Positions 19,526 through 28,825 of a DNA stretch of 64,000 nt are shown one piece after another. The translations under genes were made by a program, and so were the position numbers. Source of the DNA: Planctomycetota bacterium (GTDB lineage Bacteria > Planctomycetota > UBA8108 > SXIK01); the NCBI GenBank assembly GCA_965223845.1, contig CBDCXR010000004.1:1760001-1824000 (forward strand), given 5' to 3'. Each line of letters starts with the position of its first letter. The stretch's first letter is position 1. The notes under the pieces were generated by a model. That model did not search any database, was not told the origin of the DNA, and saw only the letters and a list, made by a program, of their open reading frames with translations.

Positions 19526-20704
19526 ATGAAAGAAGCAGTGATCGTCAGCGGTGCACGGACCGCGATGGGAAAGGGACGCAAGGGAACGCTGCGGACAGTG
19601 CGACCCGACGACCTCGCCGCGGCGGTGATCCGCGAGTGCGTCGAGCGCGCCCCCGGGCTCGAGCCGAAGGATGTCGGTGACGTTCTCCTCGGGTGCGCGA
19701 TTCCCGAGCAGGAGCAAGGGATGAACGTCGCGCGCATCGCGAGCCTGAGGGCCGGTCTTCCGCCCGTGGTCCCGGCGGCGACGGTCAACCGGTTCTGCTC
19801 GTCGGGGCTGCAGACGATCGCGATGGGAGTGGACGCGATTCAGTGCGGGCGTACCGACTGCGTCATCGCGGGCGGAACGGAGACGATGAGCCGCATCGAA
19901 ATGTTCGCTCGCGCGTACCCGAATCCAGAGCTGGCCGAGGCCTGGCCGGACGTGTATCTCGGGATGGGACTCACCGCCGAGAATCTCGCCAGAAAGTACG
20001 GAGTCTCCCGCGAGGACGCGGACGCCTTCGCTGTCGAGAGCCATCAGAAGGCGCTCGCGGCGATCGACGCCGGGAACTTCGATGCCGAGATCGTGCCCTA
20101 CCCGGTCGCGATTCGGCGTCCCGGCGCGGAGGGAGCGACCGTCGTCGAGACCATCGAGTTCAAGCGCGACGAATGTCCGCGGGCCGACACCTCGCTCGAA
20201 GGACTCGGACGGCTGCGGCCGGTCTTTCACCGAAAAGGGACCGTCACCGCAGGAAACGCGTCCCAGATGAGCGACGGCGCCGCGGCGGTTGCCCTTCTCT
20301 CGCGCGAGAAGGCCGACGCCCTCGGACTCAAGCCGCGCGCCGTGCTGCGGAGTTTCGCGGTCGCGGGCGTCCTCCCGGAGATCATGGGGATCGGTCCGGT
20401 CGCCGCGGTTCCGAAGGCGCTCGACCAATGCGGACTTTCGCTCGCGGACATGGATTTCATCGAGCTCAACGAAGCCTTCGCGTGTCAGGCGCTCAGCGTC
20501 ATTAAGGAGCTCGAGCTCGATCCTGAAAAGGTGAACGTCAACGGTGGGGCGGTCGCGCTCGGGCATCCTCTCGGATGCACGGGAGCGCGTCTCTCGCTCA
20601 GCGCGGTCCACGAGCTCGAGCGCCGATCCGCTCGGTTCGCCCTCGTCACGATGTGCATCGGCGGGGGCATGGGTGCGGCGGGAGTGTTCGAACGGGTCGC
20701 CTGA
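19526..20704 (+). CDS. fadA: Acetyl-CoA C-acyltransferase (3-ketoacyl-CoA thiolase)
   Basis: NRFCSSG, NEAFA, GHPLGCTG and CIGGGMG catalytic motifs; adjacent to fadN. Confidence 0.93.
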   Translation: MKEAVIVSGARTAMGKGRKGTLRTVRPDDLAAAVIRECVERAPGLEPKDVGDVLLGCAIPEQEQGMNVARIASLRAGLPPVVPAATVNRFCSSGLQTIAMGVDAIQCGRTDCVIAGGTETMSRIEMFARAYPNPELAEAWPDVYLGMGLTAENLARKYGVSREDADAFAVESHQKALAAIDAGNFDAEIVPYPVAIRRPGAEGATVVETIEFKRDECPRADTSLEGLGRLRPVFHRKGTVTAGNASQMSDGAAAVALLSREKADALGLKPRAVLRSFAVAGVLPEIMGIGPVAAVPKALDQCGLSLADMDFIELNEAFACQALSVIKELELDPEKVNVNGGAVALGHPLGCTGARLSLSAVHELERRSARFALVTMCIGGGMGAAGVFERVA

Positions 20705-20869
20705 CACCGCCGCGGATCGCCGAAAGGCCGTAGTTCGAGGGTCGGCGCGGTAGAATCCAGCCCGCGACCCGGGATAAAATCGGGCGTTTCGTCCCGCCCG
20801 AGGGGCGAGCGCGGTCGCCACCGGGCGCGCGCCAAACCCGATTCCTCTCGACCGGACAAGCATCGACCG

Positions 20870-22174
20870 GTGACCCGCGCTCACCTCGCCCGCGTCCAGC
20901 TAGCTAGACTCACCGCGCTCCTCCGCGCGCTCTGGGAGCGGAATCCGTTCTACACGCGGAAGCTGCGCGCGGCGGGATGGTCGCCTTCGGTGCTCGACGG
21001 CCCGCTCGAGCTCGACTCGCTTCTCGACTCGCTCCCGCTCACGACGAAGGCGGAGCTTCAAGCCGCGCAAGCCGAGCATCCGCCGTTCGGCGACAACCTC
21101 ACGTCGCCGCTCGAGGAGTACGTGCGCGTCCACCAGACCTCGGGATCGACGGGCGAGCCGCTCCGCTGGGTCGACACTCGCGAGAGTTGGGATTGGGTGG
21201 TCCGCTGCTGGAGCGAAGTCCTCCACGGAGCGGCGGTCACCCCCGGTGATCGCGCCCTATTCCCGTTTTCATTCGGTCCGTTTCTCGGGTTCTGGGCTGG
21301 CTTCGAAGCGGCGGAACGACTCGGAGTGTTCGTGATCGCCGGCGGCGGAATGCGATCGACGCAGCGGCTCCGATGCATCGTCGATCAGGATGTGTCCGTC
21401 ATCGCTTGTACGCCGACTTACGCGCTCCATCTGGCGGAAGTCGCGCGCGACGAGGGGATCGAGCTCGCGCAGTCGAGTGTACGCGCGGTAATCGTCGCCG
21501 GTGAGCCGGGCGGTTGCATTCCCGCGACGCGAAGCCGCATCGAGGAATCATGGGGTGCGCGCTGCTTCGATCACTGCGGCATGACGGAGGTCGGACCGTT
21601 TGGTGTCGACGATGGCTCGCGCGGGCAGTGCCTTCGCGTCCTCGAGGATGAGTTCATCGTCGAAGTGCTCGCGCCCGATTCGCAATCGCGCGCCGCAGAC
21701 GGTGAAGGCGAACTCGTCATCACCAATCTCGGTCGAACCGCGAGCCCCGTCGTTCGCTACCGAACGGGCGACTCGGTCCGCTGGGTCACGGGAACCGGTG
21801 ACGACGGCTCGGCGTGCGGCTGGCTCGATGGTGGGATCCGGGGGCGCATCGACGAGATGGTGATTGTGAAGGGAAACAACGTATACCCGTCGGCGATCGA
21901 ATCCGTGCTGCGCGAGTTCGACGACGTCGCCGAGTATCGCGTCCGCGTTCTCCCGAGTGGAGAAATGGCGGAGCTTGTCGTAGAGATCGAGCCTCGAGCG
22001 GGATCTAAGCGGTCGGTTTCGCATCGAGGCGAGCTCGCGGCCGCAGTGGCCGCGAGGCTCGAGACGCGCCTCCTCTTCCGCGCGGAAGTGAAGGAAGTGT
22101 CCCCGGGCTCGCTCCCGAGATTCGAGCTCAAGGGACGGCGCGTCGTCCGTGAATCCTCGGGAGAGAATCAGTAA
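20870..22174 (+). CDS. Phenylacetate-CoA-ligase (PaaK)-family aryl-CoA ligase
   Basis: QTSGSTG P-loop, CTPTYALHL, GEPG, GMTEVG, RYRTGD and GRIDEM..VKGNNVYP. Confidence 0.88.
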   Translation: MTRAHLARVQLARLTALLRALWERNPFYTRKLRAAGWSPSVLDGPLELDSLLDSLPLTTKAELQAAQAEHPPFGDNLTSPLEEYVRVHQTSGSTGEPLRWVDTRESWDWVVRCWSEVLHGAAVTPGDRALFPFSFGPFLGFWAGFEAAERLGVFVIAGGGMRSTQRLRCIVDQDVSVIACTPTYALHLAEVARDEGIELAQSSVRAVIVAGEPGGCIPATRSRIEESWGARCFDHCGMTEVGPFGVDDGSRGQCLRVLEDEFIVEVLAPDSQSRAADGEGELVITNLGRTASPVVRYRTGDSVRWVTGTGDDGSACGWLDGGIRGRIDEMVIVKGNNVYPSAIESVLREFDDVAEYRVRVLPSGEMAELVVEIEPRAGSKRSVSHRGELAAAVAARLETRLLFRAEVKEVSPGSLPRFELKGRRVVRESSGENQ

Positions 22175-22277
22175 GGAACACGCGCCGGAAGTGGATCCAA
22201 CCTCTTCTGCGTGGGATGCAAACTGGACGGTAGACACCCTCTCCGACGGTGATCACCGACGGAGGGGAAGGAGATCG

Positions 22278-24518
22278 ATGGTGATACCTAAAGTGGCTCG
22301 AGCGAAGACCGAAAGTCCGCGGACTCGCAGTGTCGCGATCGGAGCGGTAAGCGTCGTCGCGGCGCTCCTCAGTGTTTCTGCGTTTGCCGGTGACTGGCCC
22401 AACTGGCGAGGCCCCGAGAACAACGGCGCGGCGCGAGAGACGAAGCTGCCCGGTGAATGGGAGCTGCGCTGGAAGGCGCCCTTCGGAGGTCGTTCGACCC
22501 CCGTCGTGCACAACGGGCGCGTCTATGTTCTCAACCGGGCTGGTTCGGGTGTGAACGAGCAGGAGCGGGTCCTTTGCGTCGACGCCAAGAGCGGCGATGT
22601 CCTCTGGGAGCACCGCTTCGGCGTCTACCTCACCGACATCCCTTCGACTCGCATCGGATGGGCGAGTCCGGTCGTCGATCCGGAGACAGGACACGTTTAC
22701 GCGCACGGCGTCCAGAACACGTTCATCTGTCTCGACCGCGACGGCAAAGTCATTTGGCGTCGCCAGCTTCACGAAGAGTACGGGACGATCAACGGGTACG
22801 GTGGTCGCACGCATACTCCCATCATCGACGAAGACCGCGTCGTGATCAGCTTCCTCAACTCGAGCTGGGGACCGCAGGCACCGGGTCGACATCGCTATGT
22901 CGCTTTCGACAAGCGCACCGGCGCCGTGCAGTGGTGGGCGACGCCCGGGGGGCCTCCCCTCGACACGACCTATTCCGTTCCGGTCGTCGCCGTCGTCGGC
23001 GGCGTGCGACAACTCATCGCGGGAAACGCCGATGGCAACGTCTACGGTATGGAGGCGCGCACCGGCCGTCGGCTGTGGACATTCCGCGTGTCGAAGCGAG
23101 GCATCAATGCCTCGCTGGTCGAGTGGAACGGGAAGGTCTTCGTCTCGCACAGCGAGGAGAACATCGACGAAGCTTCGATGGGGCGCGTGATCTGCATCGA
23201 TGCGACCGGACGCGGCGACATCACGAAGACTCACGAAGTGTGGCGCCAGGACGGAATCACGGCCGGCTACGCCTCTCCAGCGATCTCGAATGGACGATGC
23301 TACGTCGCGGACAACTCCGCGAATCTTCACTGCTACGATGCAACGACCGGAACTGAACTCTGGGCGATCAACTTCGGCACGGTTGCCAAGGGGTCGCCCG
23401 TCGTCGCGGACGGGAAGATTTACATCTGCGAAGTCAACGGCAAGTTCCTGATCCTCGATGCGGGCGAAACGAAGAGCAAGATTCTGAGCACCAAGGAGTT
23501 CCACACCGACGACGGCGTCGTCGAAATGTTCGGATCACCGGCGATCGCGGGCGGCCGCATCTACTTCAACACGCGCGACGAGCTCTACTGCTTGGGCGCG
23601 AAGGAATGGGACGGAAGCACCGCCGAAGCCCCCGCCGCGCCGACCGAGGTCGCTTCCGCGGATGCGAAGGCGACTCTGCTTCACGTCGTGCCGGCGGACG
23701 TCGTCCTCGAGCCCGGTCAGTCGATCGCGTTCGGAACGAAGGCGTTCGACGACACCGGCCGCGCCGTCGAGCTCTCGGGCGAGGCGGAGTGGTCGGTCGT
23801 GGGGGTCGAGGGTGAAATCTCCGCAAGCGGGAAGCTGACGGTGTCCGCCGCGAATTCCTTCGGGCAGGGCTTCGTCGTCGCGAAGCTCGGAGATCTCGAG
23901 GGGCGCGCACGGATTCGTACGACGCCACCGATCCCATTCAGCGTGGACTTCTCGGGGGTGGCTGCGACGAAGCCGCCGGCGGGTTGGGTCGGTGCAGGGA
24001 TCAAGTTCGTCGGCGCAGAGTACAAGGGCGAAGCGGTTCTCACAAAGCCGGGGACTCGCTCTAAGTTCATGGACGCCGAGACGTTCTTCGGACTGTCGAC
24101 GTGGCGCAATTACACCATCGAAGCCGATGTGCTCGCGATCGAGCGCAAGCGGAATCTGCCCAACATCGGCGTGATCAACTCCGGATACGAGTTCGTGCTG
24201 ATGGGAAACCATCAGCGCCTCCGCATCGTGTCGTGGGTGCCGCAGCCGCGCATCGAGAAGAAGGTGCGCTTCAAGTGGGACCCGGAAGTTTGGTACCGTA
24301 TGAAGTTTCGTGTCGCGGAGAAGGGGGGAGTCGCGACCCTTCAGGGAAAAGTCTGGAAGCGCGACGATGCCGAGCCGGAAGCGTGGACGGTCGAACTCGA
24401 AGACCCGAACCCGAACGGGGGCGGGGCTCCGGCTCTCCACGGTTACTCGGCGGGGGCGCGAGCCAAGTCGGCGGGCGCTCAGATTTATTACGACAACGTC
24501 AAGGTGACGCGAAATTGA
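22278..24518 (+). CDS. Secreted BamB/PQQ-like beta-propeller protein with Ig-like and C-terminal jelly-roll domains
   Basis: ATG 22278 after GGAGGGGAAGGAG. Signal peptide ends AFA. DWPNWRGP plus repeated D..TG...W and SP.V..G.IY blades. Confidence 0.88.
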   Translation: MVIPKVARAKTESPRTRSVAIGAVSVVAALLSVSAFAGDWPNWRGPENNGAARETKLPGEWELRWKAPFGGRSTPVVHNGRVYVLNRAGSGVNEQERVLCVDAKSGDVLWEHRFGVYLTDIPSTRIGWASPVVDPETGHVYAHGVQNTFICLDRDGKVIWRRQLHEEYGTINGYGGRTHTPIIDEDRVVISFLNSSWGPQAPGRHRYVAFDKRTGAVQWWATPGGPPLDTTYSVPVVAVVGGVRQLIAGNADGNVYGMEARTGRRLWTFRVSKRGINASLVEWNGKVFVSHSEENIDEASMGRVICIDATGRGDITKTHEVWRQDGITAGYASPAISNGRCYVADNSANLHCYDATTGTELWAINFGTVAKGSPVVADGKIYICEVNGKFLILDAGETKSKILSTKEFHTDDGVVEMFGSPAIAGGRIYFNTRDELYCLGAKEWDGSTAEAPAAPTEVASADAKATLLHVVPADVVLEPGQSIAFGTKAFDDTGRAVELSGEAEWSVVGVEGEISASGKLTVSAANSFGQGFVVAKLGDLEGRARIRTTPPIPFSVDFSGVAATKPPAGWVGAGIKFVGAEYKGEAVLTKPGTRSKFMDAETFFGLSTWRNYTIEADVLAIERKRNLPNIGVINSGYEFVLMGNHQRLRIVSWVPQPRIEKKVRFKWDPEVWYRMKFRVAEKGGVATLQGKVWKRDDAEPEAWTVELEDPNPNGGGAPALHGYSAGARAKSAGAQIYYDNVKVTRN

Positions 24519-24595
24519 GTGTCTCGGGAGACTCCCGAACGCTCGCGCGAGCACGGAACGAATTCATCAACCCACGAGAAGAGATCAGCGAAGCA

Positions 24596-26215
24596 ATGAG
24601 GTATCTCTCGAGTCGCACCGTCGGTGGCTGGATCGCCGCCGCTCTGGTTTTCGCGGTGGCCATCGGCTGCCATTCGTCGGCGAGCGTCGAGGATGTCGAC
24701 GCGGCCGAGTCCGCGTCCGAGTCGGCCGGCGATGGCGATGCGGAATCGGCGGCCGTCGAGGTCGCTTCCGATGCCGCTTCTTCGAATTCGGCCGGCGGGA
24801 CCAACGCCGAACCGGAGCCCACCCCTGAACCTGCTCCCGCGCGAACGGACTGGACGATGTGGGGTGGCACACCCGGGCGGAACATGATCAACACCGTCGC
24901 GAAGAACATCCCCGCCGAGTGGGACCTCGAATCGAAGAAGAACATCCTCTGGGCGCAGGCGCTCGGCTCGCAGTCCTACGGGAACACGGTCGTTCACGAC
25001 GGCAGGATCTTCATCGGCACGAACAACGAAGGCCACCGGAACCCGGAAATCAAGGGCGACAAGGGCGTGATCATGTGCTTTCGGGAGAAGGACGGCGAGT
25101 TCCTTTGGCAGATGGTGCACGACAAGCTGGAAGCGGGGCGAGTGAACGACTGGCCGGAGCAGGGGATTTGCTCGTCACCGGTTTGCGAGGACGGCCGGAT
25201 CTACTACGTGAGCAACCGCGCCGAGGTCGTGTGCGCCGACGTCGAGGGGTTCCTCGACGGCGAAAACGATGGACCCTACAAGGACGAAAAGTACACGAGC
25301 AAGATCGACGGAGACGCCATCTGGGTCTTCGACATGATGGACGAGCTCGGAGTCTTTCCTCACAATCTCGCGACCTGCTCTCCGCTCGTCATCGGTGACC
25401 TCATCTTCGTGATCACTTCGAACGGAGTCGAGCGCGACCACATTACGATCCCGAACCCGCGCGCGCCGAGCCTCCTCGCGCTCGATAAGAATACGGGCGA
25501 GCTGAAGTGGGATCGCGCCGATCCCGGCGAGGACATCCTGCACGGGCAGTGGTCGGCACCCTCCTTCATTCGAGCGGGAGGGAAGGACCAGATCATCTTC
25601 CCGGCGGGAGACGGCTGGGTCCGCAGCCACAAACCGGAAGACGGCGAGATCATTTGGGAATTCGATACCAACCCGAAAGACTCCGTGTGGGAGCTCGGAG
25701 GTCGCGGCACCCGCAACAACTTGATCTCGACCGCGGCGTGCGTCGACGGAGTGGTCTACATCGCGGTCGGACAGGATCCCGAGCACGGTGAGGGAATCGG
25801 CCATCTCTACGCGATCGACGCATCGAAGACGGGCGATATCACCGAGTCCGGAAAGCTCTGGCACTACGGGGGCAAGGAGTTCAAGCGAACGATCTCCTCG
25901 TTTGCGGTCGCGGACGGCCTCGTCTACGCGGCGGACTTGAGCGGATTCCTCCACTGCATCGACGCGTCGACCGGCCGTCCGTACTGGATTCACGATACCT
26001 TCGCCGCCGTCTGGGGCTCGCCGACGGTCATCGACGGCAAGGTGTTTCTCGGCGACGAGGACGGCGACGTCGTCGTGCTGCGCCACAGCAAGGACGCGAA
26101 GGAAGTCCTCTTCGAGACGAACATGGAGGACTCCGTCTACACGACACCGATCGTCGCCAACGGAATCCTCTACATCTCGACGCGTACGCACCTGTACGCG
26201 ATCGGAGCGAAGTAG
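24596..26215 (+). CDS. Lipoprotein with BamB/PQQ-like beta-propeller
   Basis: ATG 24596. Lipobox-like VAIGC, an acidic Ala/Ser linker, DWTMWGG..RN and repeated propeller blades. Confidence 0.88.
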   Translation: MRYLSSRTVGGWIAAALVFAVAIGCHSSASVEDVDAAESASESAGDGDAESAAVEVASDAASSNSAGGTNAEPEPTPEPAPARTDWTMWGGTPGRNMINTVAKNIPAEWDLESKKNILWAQALGSQSYGNTVVHDGRIFIGTNNEGHRNPEIKGDKGVIMCFREKDGEFLWQMVHDKLEAGRVNDWPEQGICSSPVCEDGRIYYVSNRAEVVCADVEGFLDGENDGPYKDEKYTSKIDGDAIWVFDMMDELGVFPHNLATCSPLVIGDLIFVITSNGVERDHITIPNPRAPSLLALDKNTGELKWDRADPGEDILHGQWSAPSFIRAGGKDQIIFPAGDGWVRSHKPEDGEIIWEFDTNPKDSVWELGGRGTRNNLISTAACVDGVVYIAVGQDPEHGEGIGHLYAIDASKTGDITESGKLWHYGGKEFKRTISSFAVADGLVYAADLSGFLHCIDASTGRPYWIHDTFAAVWGSPTVIDGKVFLGDEDGDVVVLRHSKDAKEVLFETNMEDSVYTTPIVANGILYISTRTHLYAIGAK

Positions 26216-26275
26216 CGCTGATCCTGTCCTCGAGAACACCTCCTTACGGCGCGCCCGCCGCCTCCCGAGTACATC

Positions 26276-27379
26276 ATGACGAATGACGTTAGAGAACTGA
26301 CGGCTCCCGCGTCCGAGGAGCAGATCCGTACCGCCCGGGAACGCCTCGACGCTTGGGTTGTCGAGGTCGTCGACTGGCACTTCGATCCCGCGACGGGCTG
26401 TCCGTTTTGGCTCGACTACGCATCGAAGCTCGATTGGGATCCGCGAAAAGAGGTGCGCTGCTTCGCCGATCTCAACAAATTCGACGAGTTCGAGGACGAG
26501 TGGCTCCGAGGCGGTCCGGTCCAGCGCTGGGTTCCGAAGGGACTCGAAGGAAAACCCGTCTACGTGTTCGAAACGGGTGGGACGACCGGCGTTCCGAAGT
26601 CACGCATCAACATCGAAGACTTCCGCACCGACTACTCGATGTTCAGTGAGACGCTCTCGGACGACGGCTTCCCGCGCGGCGCCGATTGGCTGTCGCTCGG
26701 GCCGACCGGTCCACGGCGACTTCGCCTCGCGGTCGAGCACCTAGCCCAGGTGCGCGGAGGCATCTGTTTCTGCCTCGACATGGACCCACGCTGGTTCACG
26801 AAGTGTCTCAAGCGAGGCTGGCTCGACGTCGCCGAGGCGTACAAGACTCACGTGATCGACCAAGCTCTCACGCTTCTCAAGGCGCACGAGAACATTCAGT
26901 GTCTCTTCACGACGCCGAAGCTGCTCGAGGCGCTCTGCGAGAAGATCTCGCTCAAGCAGGTCGGCATCAAAGGCATATTCTGCGGCGGCACGCAGATGAC
27001 TCCCCAGTTCCATCGTTTCGCGCGAGAGGAGCTCCTCGAGGGCGTCGAGTTCGTCCCGACCTACGGGAACACGCTCATGGGGCTCGCGTGTCACAAGCCG
27101 TACATTCCGGAGGACGACTACGCGATCATCTACTTCCCACCGCATCCGCGAGCCGTTCTCTCGGTGGTGGATCCCGACGATCCGAAGCGCGACGTCGATG
27201 TGGGCGGAGTGGGCCGCGTGAAGCTCACCACGCTCACCAAGGAGTTTTTCGTACCGGGCTTTCTCGAGCGCGACGAAGCCGAACTCGTCGGACCGATCGC
27301 AAGATACCCCTGGCCGGGAGTGAAGAACGTCCGTCCGTTCTCCCGCTTCCAAACGGCCGTGATCGAGGGAGTTTACTGA
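26276..27379 (+). CDS. Atypical ANL adenylating enzyme, EhpF/LuxE-like
   Basis: WHFDPATGCPFW N-terminus, ETGGTTG.PK P-loop, TTPKLLE, GGT, YGNTL and LERD. Lacks the C-terminal ANL lid, as EhpF does. Confidence 0.75.
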   Translation: MTNDVRELTAPASEEQIRTARERLDAWVVEVVDWHFDPATGCPFWLDYASKLDWDPRKEVRCFADLNKFDEFEDEWLRGGPVQRWVPKGLEGKPVYVFETGGTTGVPKSRINIEDFRTDYSMFSETLSDDGFPRGADWLSLGPTGPRRLRLAVEHLAQVRGGICFCLDMDPRWFTKCLKRGWLDVAEAYKTHVIDQALTLLKAHENIQCLFTTPKLLEALCEKISLKQVGIKGIFCGGTQMTPQFHRFAREELLEGVEFVPTYGNTLMGLACHKPYIPEDDYAIIYFPPHPRAVLSVVDPDDPKRDVDVGGVGRVKLTTLTKEFFVPGFLERDEAELVGPIARYPWPGVKNVRPFSRFQTAVIEGVY

Positions 27380-27382
27380 GCG

Positions 27383-28801
27383 ATGCTTCACATTCCGATC
27401 CTCCGCGGCGGCCGGCCCTACGAGAGTATCGACAAGACCGAAGTGCGGGACTACCGAACGGGCGAGCCCGTCGCGATGCTCAGCGTCGCGAACGGTGGGC
27501 TCATTTCGCGTGACCTCCGCGACCAGAGCATCGCGACGAGCCCACTTCGCCACGTGTCGACGACCGAGCTGATCTCCCGCACGCAGGAAGCGGCGGAGCA
27601 TTTCCTTCACGGTGAGCTTCCGCTCGGGGACTCCACGCAGAGCTACGACGACTACATCGAGCAGCTCTCGTGGACGACGGGATTGCCGAAGACTCTCTGC
27701 CGAGCGAATGCGGAAAAGATCTACCATGTGATGGCGAAGATCGACGAGGTGCTCGGAGGGCTCACGCGAGGCCTTGACCTCTCGATCCTCGATCGCGGCT
27801 TCGGCGAGCAGAACGGACGGACTCTCTGCTTCATGCAGCAGGCGCGCACGCTCGGTGCGGTTCTTCCGAGCAACTCGCCCGGAGTTCATTCGCTGTGGGT
27901 GCCGGCGATCGCTCTCAAGGCGTGCCTCTGCCTGAAGCCGGGGCGGGAGGAGCCGTGGTCTCCGTACCGAGTGCTCCAGGCCTTCCTCAAGGCGGGGATC
28001 CCGGGCGATGCGTGCGGTTTCTATCCGACGACGCACGACGGTGCGCGCGAGATTCTCATGCGTTCCGGTCGCGCGATGGTGTTCGGCGACGCGTCGACGA
28101 CCCGACAGTGGGAAAACAATCCCGCCGTCCAGGTTCACGGACCTGGTTTCAGCAAGGTGATCTTCGGGCCGGATACCGCCGCGAGTTGGCGCGAGCATCT
28201 CGATGTCCTCGCCGAGTCGGTGGCCCTCAACGGCGGACGCTCCTGCATCAATGCCTCGGCGATCTGGACGCCTTCGCACGGACGCGAGCTCGCCGCTGCG
28301 CTCGCCGAACGCCTGGCGTCGATCGCGCCGCGTCCGGCAGACGATCCCGCCGCGGAGCTCCCGGCCTTCGTGAACCCGAAGTTCGCGGAGATGATGGACG
28401 CCGCGATCACGGCTGGTCTCGGAACGCCGGGCGCCGAGGACTTGTCGCTCGCTCACCGGCCGGAGCGCCTCGTTCGACAAGACGGCTGCACGTATCTACT
28501 CCCAACGGTGATTTGGTGCCGCGATCGCGAGCATCCACTGGCGGGGAAGGAGTTTCTCTTCCCGTACGTCGCGGTCGTCGAGTGTCCACCGGAGGACATG
28601 CTCGAAAGCATCGGCCCCACTCTCGTCGCGACCGTCATCACGGATGATCCCGCGCTGAAGGCCGCTCTCATGACTTGCCCGCACGTCGACCGCCTCAACA
28701 TCGGCCCTCAGCCGACCTGCCGCATCAGCTGGGATCAACCGCACGAAGGGAATCTCTTCGAGCACCTCTACCGCCAGCGCGCGTTCCAGTACGTGGCGTA
28801 G
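27383..28801 (+). CDS. ALDH-fold acyl reductase, EhpG/LuxC-like
   Basis: LPSNSPG, LKPG, NGGRSCINAS (catalytic Cys) and EFLFP. HGPGFSK replaces the ELGGK general-base motif. Confidence 0.75.
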   Translation: MLHIPILRGGRPYESIDKTEVRDYRTGEPVAMLSVANGGLISRDLRDQSIATSPLRHVSTTELISRTQEAAEHFLHGELPLGDSTQSYDDYIEQLSWTTGLPKTLCRANAEKIYHVMAKIDEVLGGLTRGLDLSILDRGFGEQNGRTLCFMQQARTLGAVLPSNSPGVHSLWVPAIALKACLCLKPGREEPWSPYRVLQAFLKAGIPGDACGFYPTTHDGAREILMRSGRAMVFGDASTTRQWENNPAVQVHGPGFSKVIFGPDTAASWREHLDVLAESVALNGGRSCINASAIWTPSHGRELAAALAERLASIAPRPADDPAAELPAFVNPKFAEMMDAAITAGLGTPGAEDLSLAHRPERLVRQDGCTYLLPTVIWCRDREHPLAGKEFLFPYVAVVECPPEDMLESIGPTLVATVITDDPALKAALMTCPHVDRLNIGPQPTCRISWDQPHEGNLFEHLYRQRAFQYVA

Positions 28802-28825
28802 ACGAAGCCCGAGTACGCCGCACCC

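Noticed and set aside
18590-20884. Long antisense or alternate-frame ORFs (e.g. 18590-20884, 41680-43644, 44002-45705, 26741-28480, 2714-4204)
   Set aside because: They shadow well-supported genes, are Arg/Ala/Pro-rich and lack motifs, as expected in high-GC DNA.
24101-24595. Long N-terminal extensions given by the ORF track (also for hisN, the DksA/TraR gene, iscS, GT4, the GcvH-like gene and the sialidase fusion)
   Set aside because: The extensions overlap neighbouring genes or are low-complexity; downstream starts with an RBS, signal peptide or family N-terminus fit better.
26276-28801. Phenazine biosynthesis or lux bioluminescence operon
   Set aside because: Only the EhpF/EhpG (LuxE/LuxC)-like pair is present; there are no phz core genes and no luxA/B/D.
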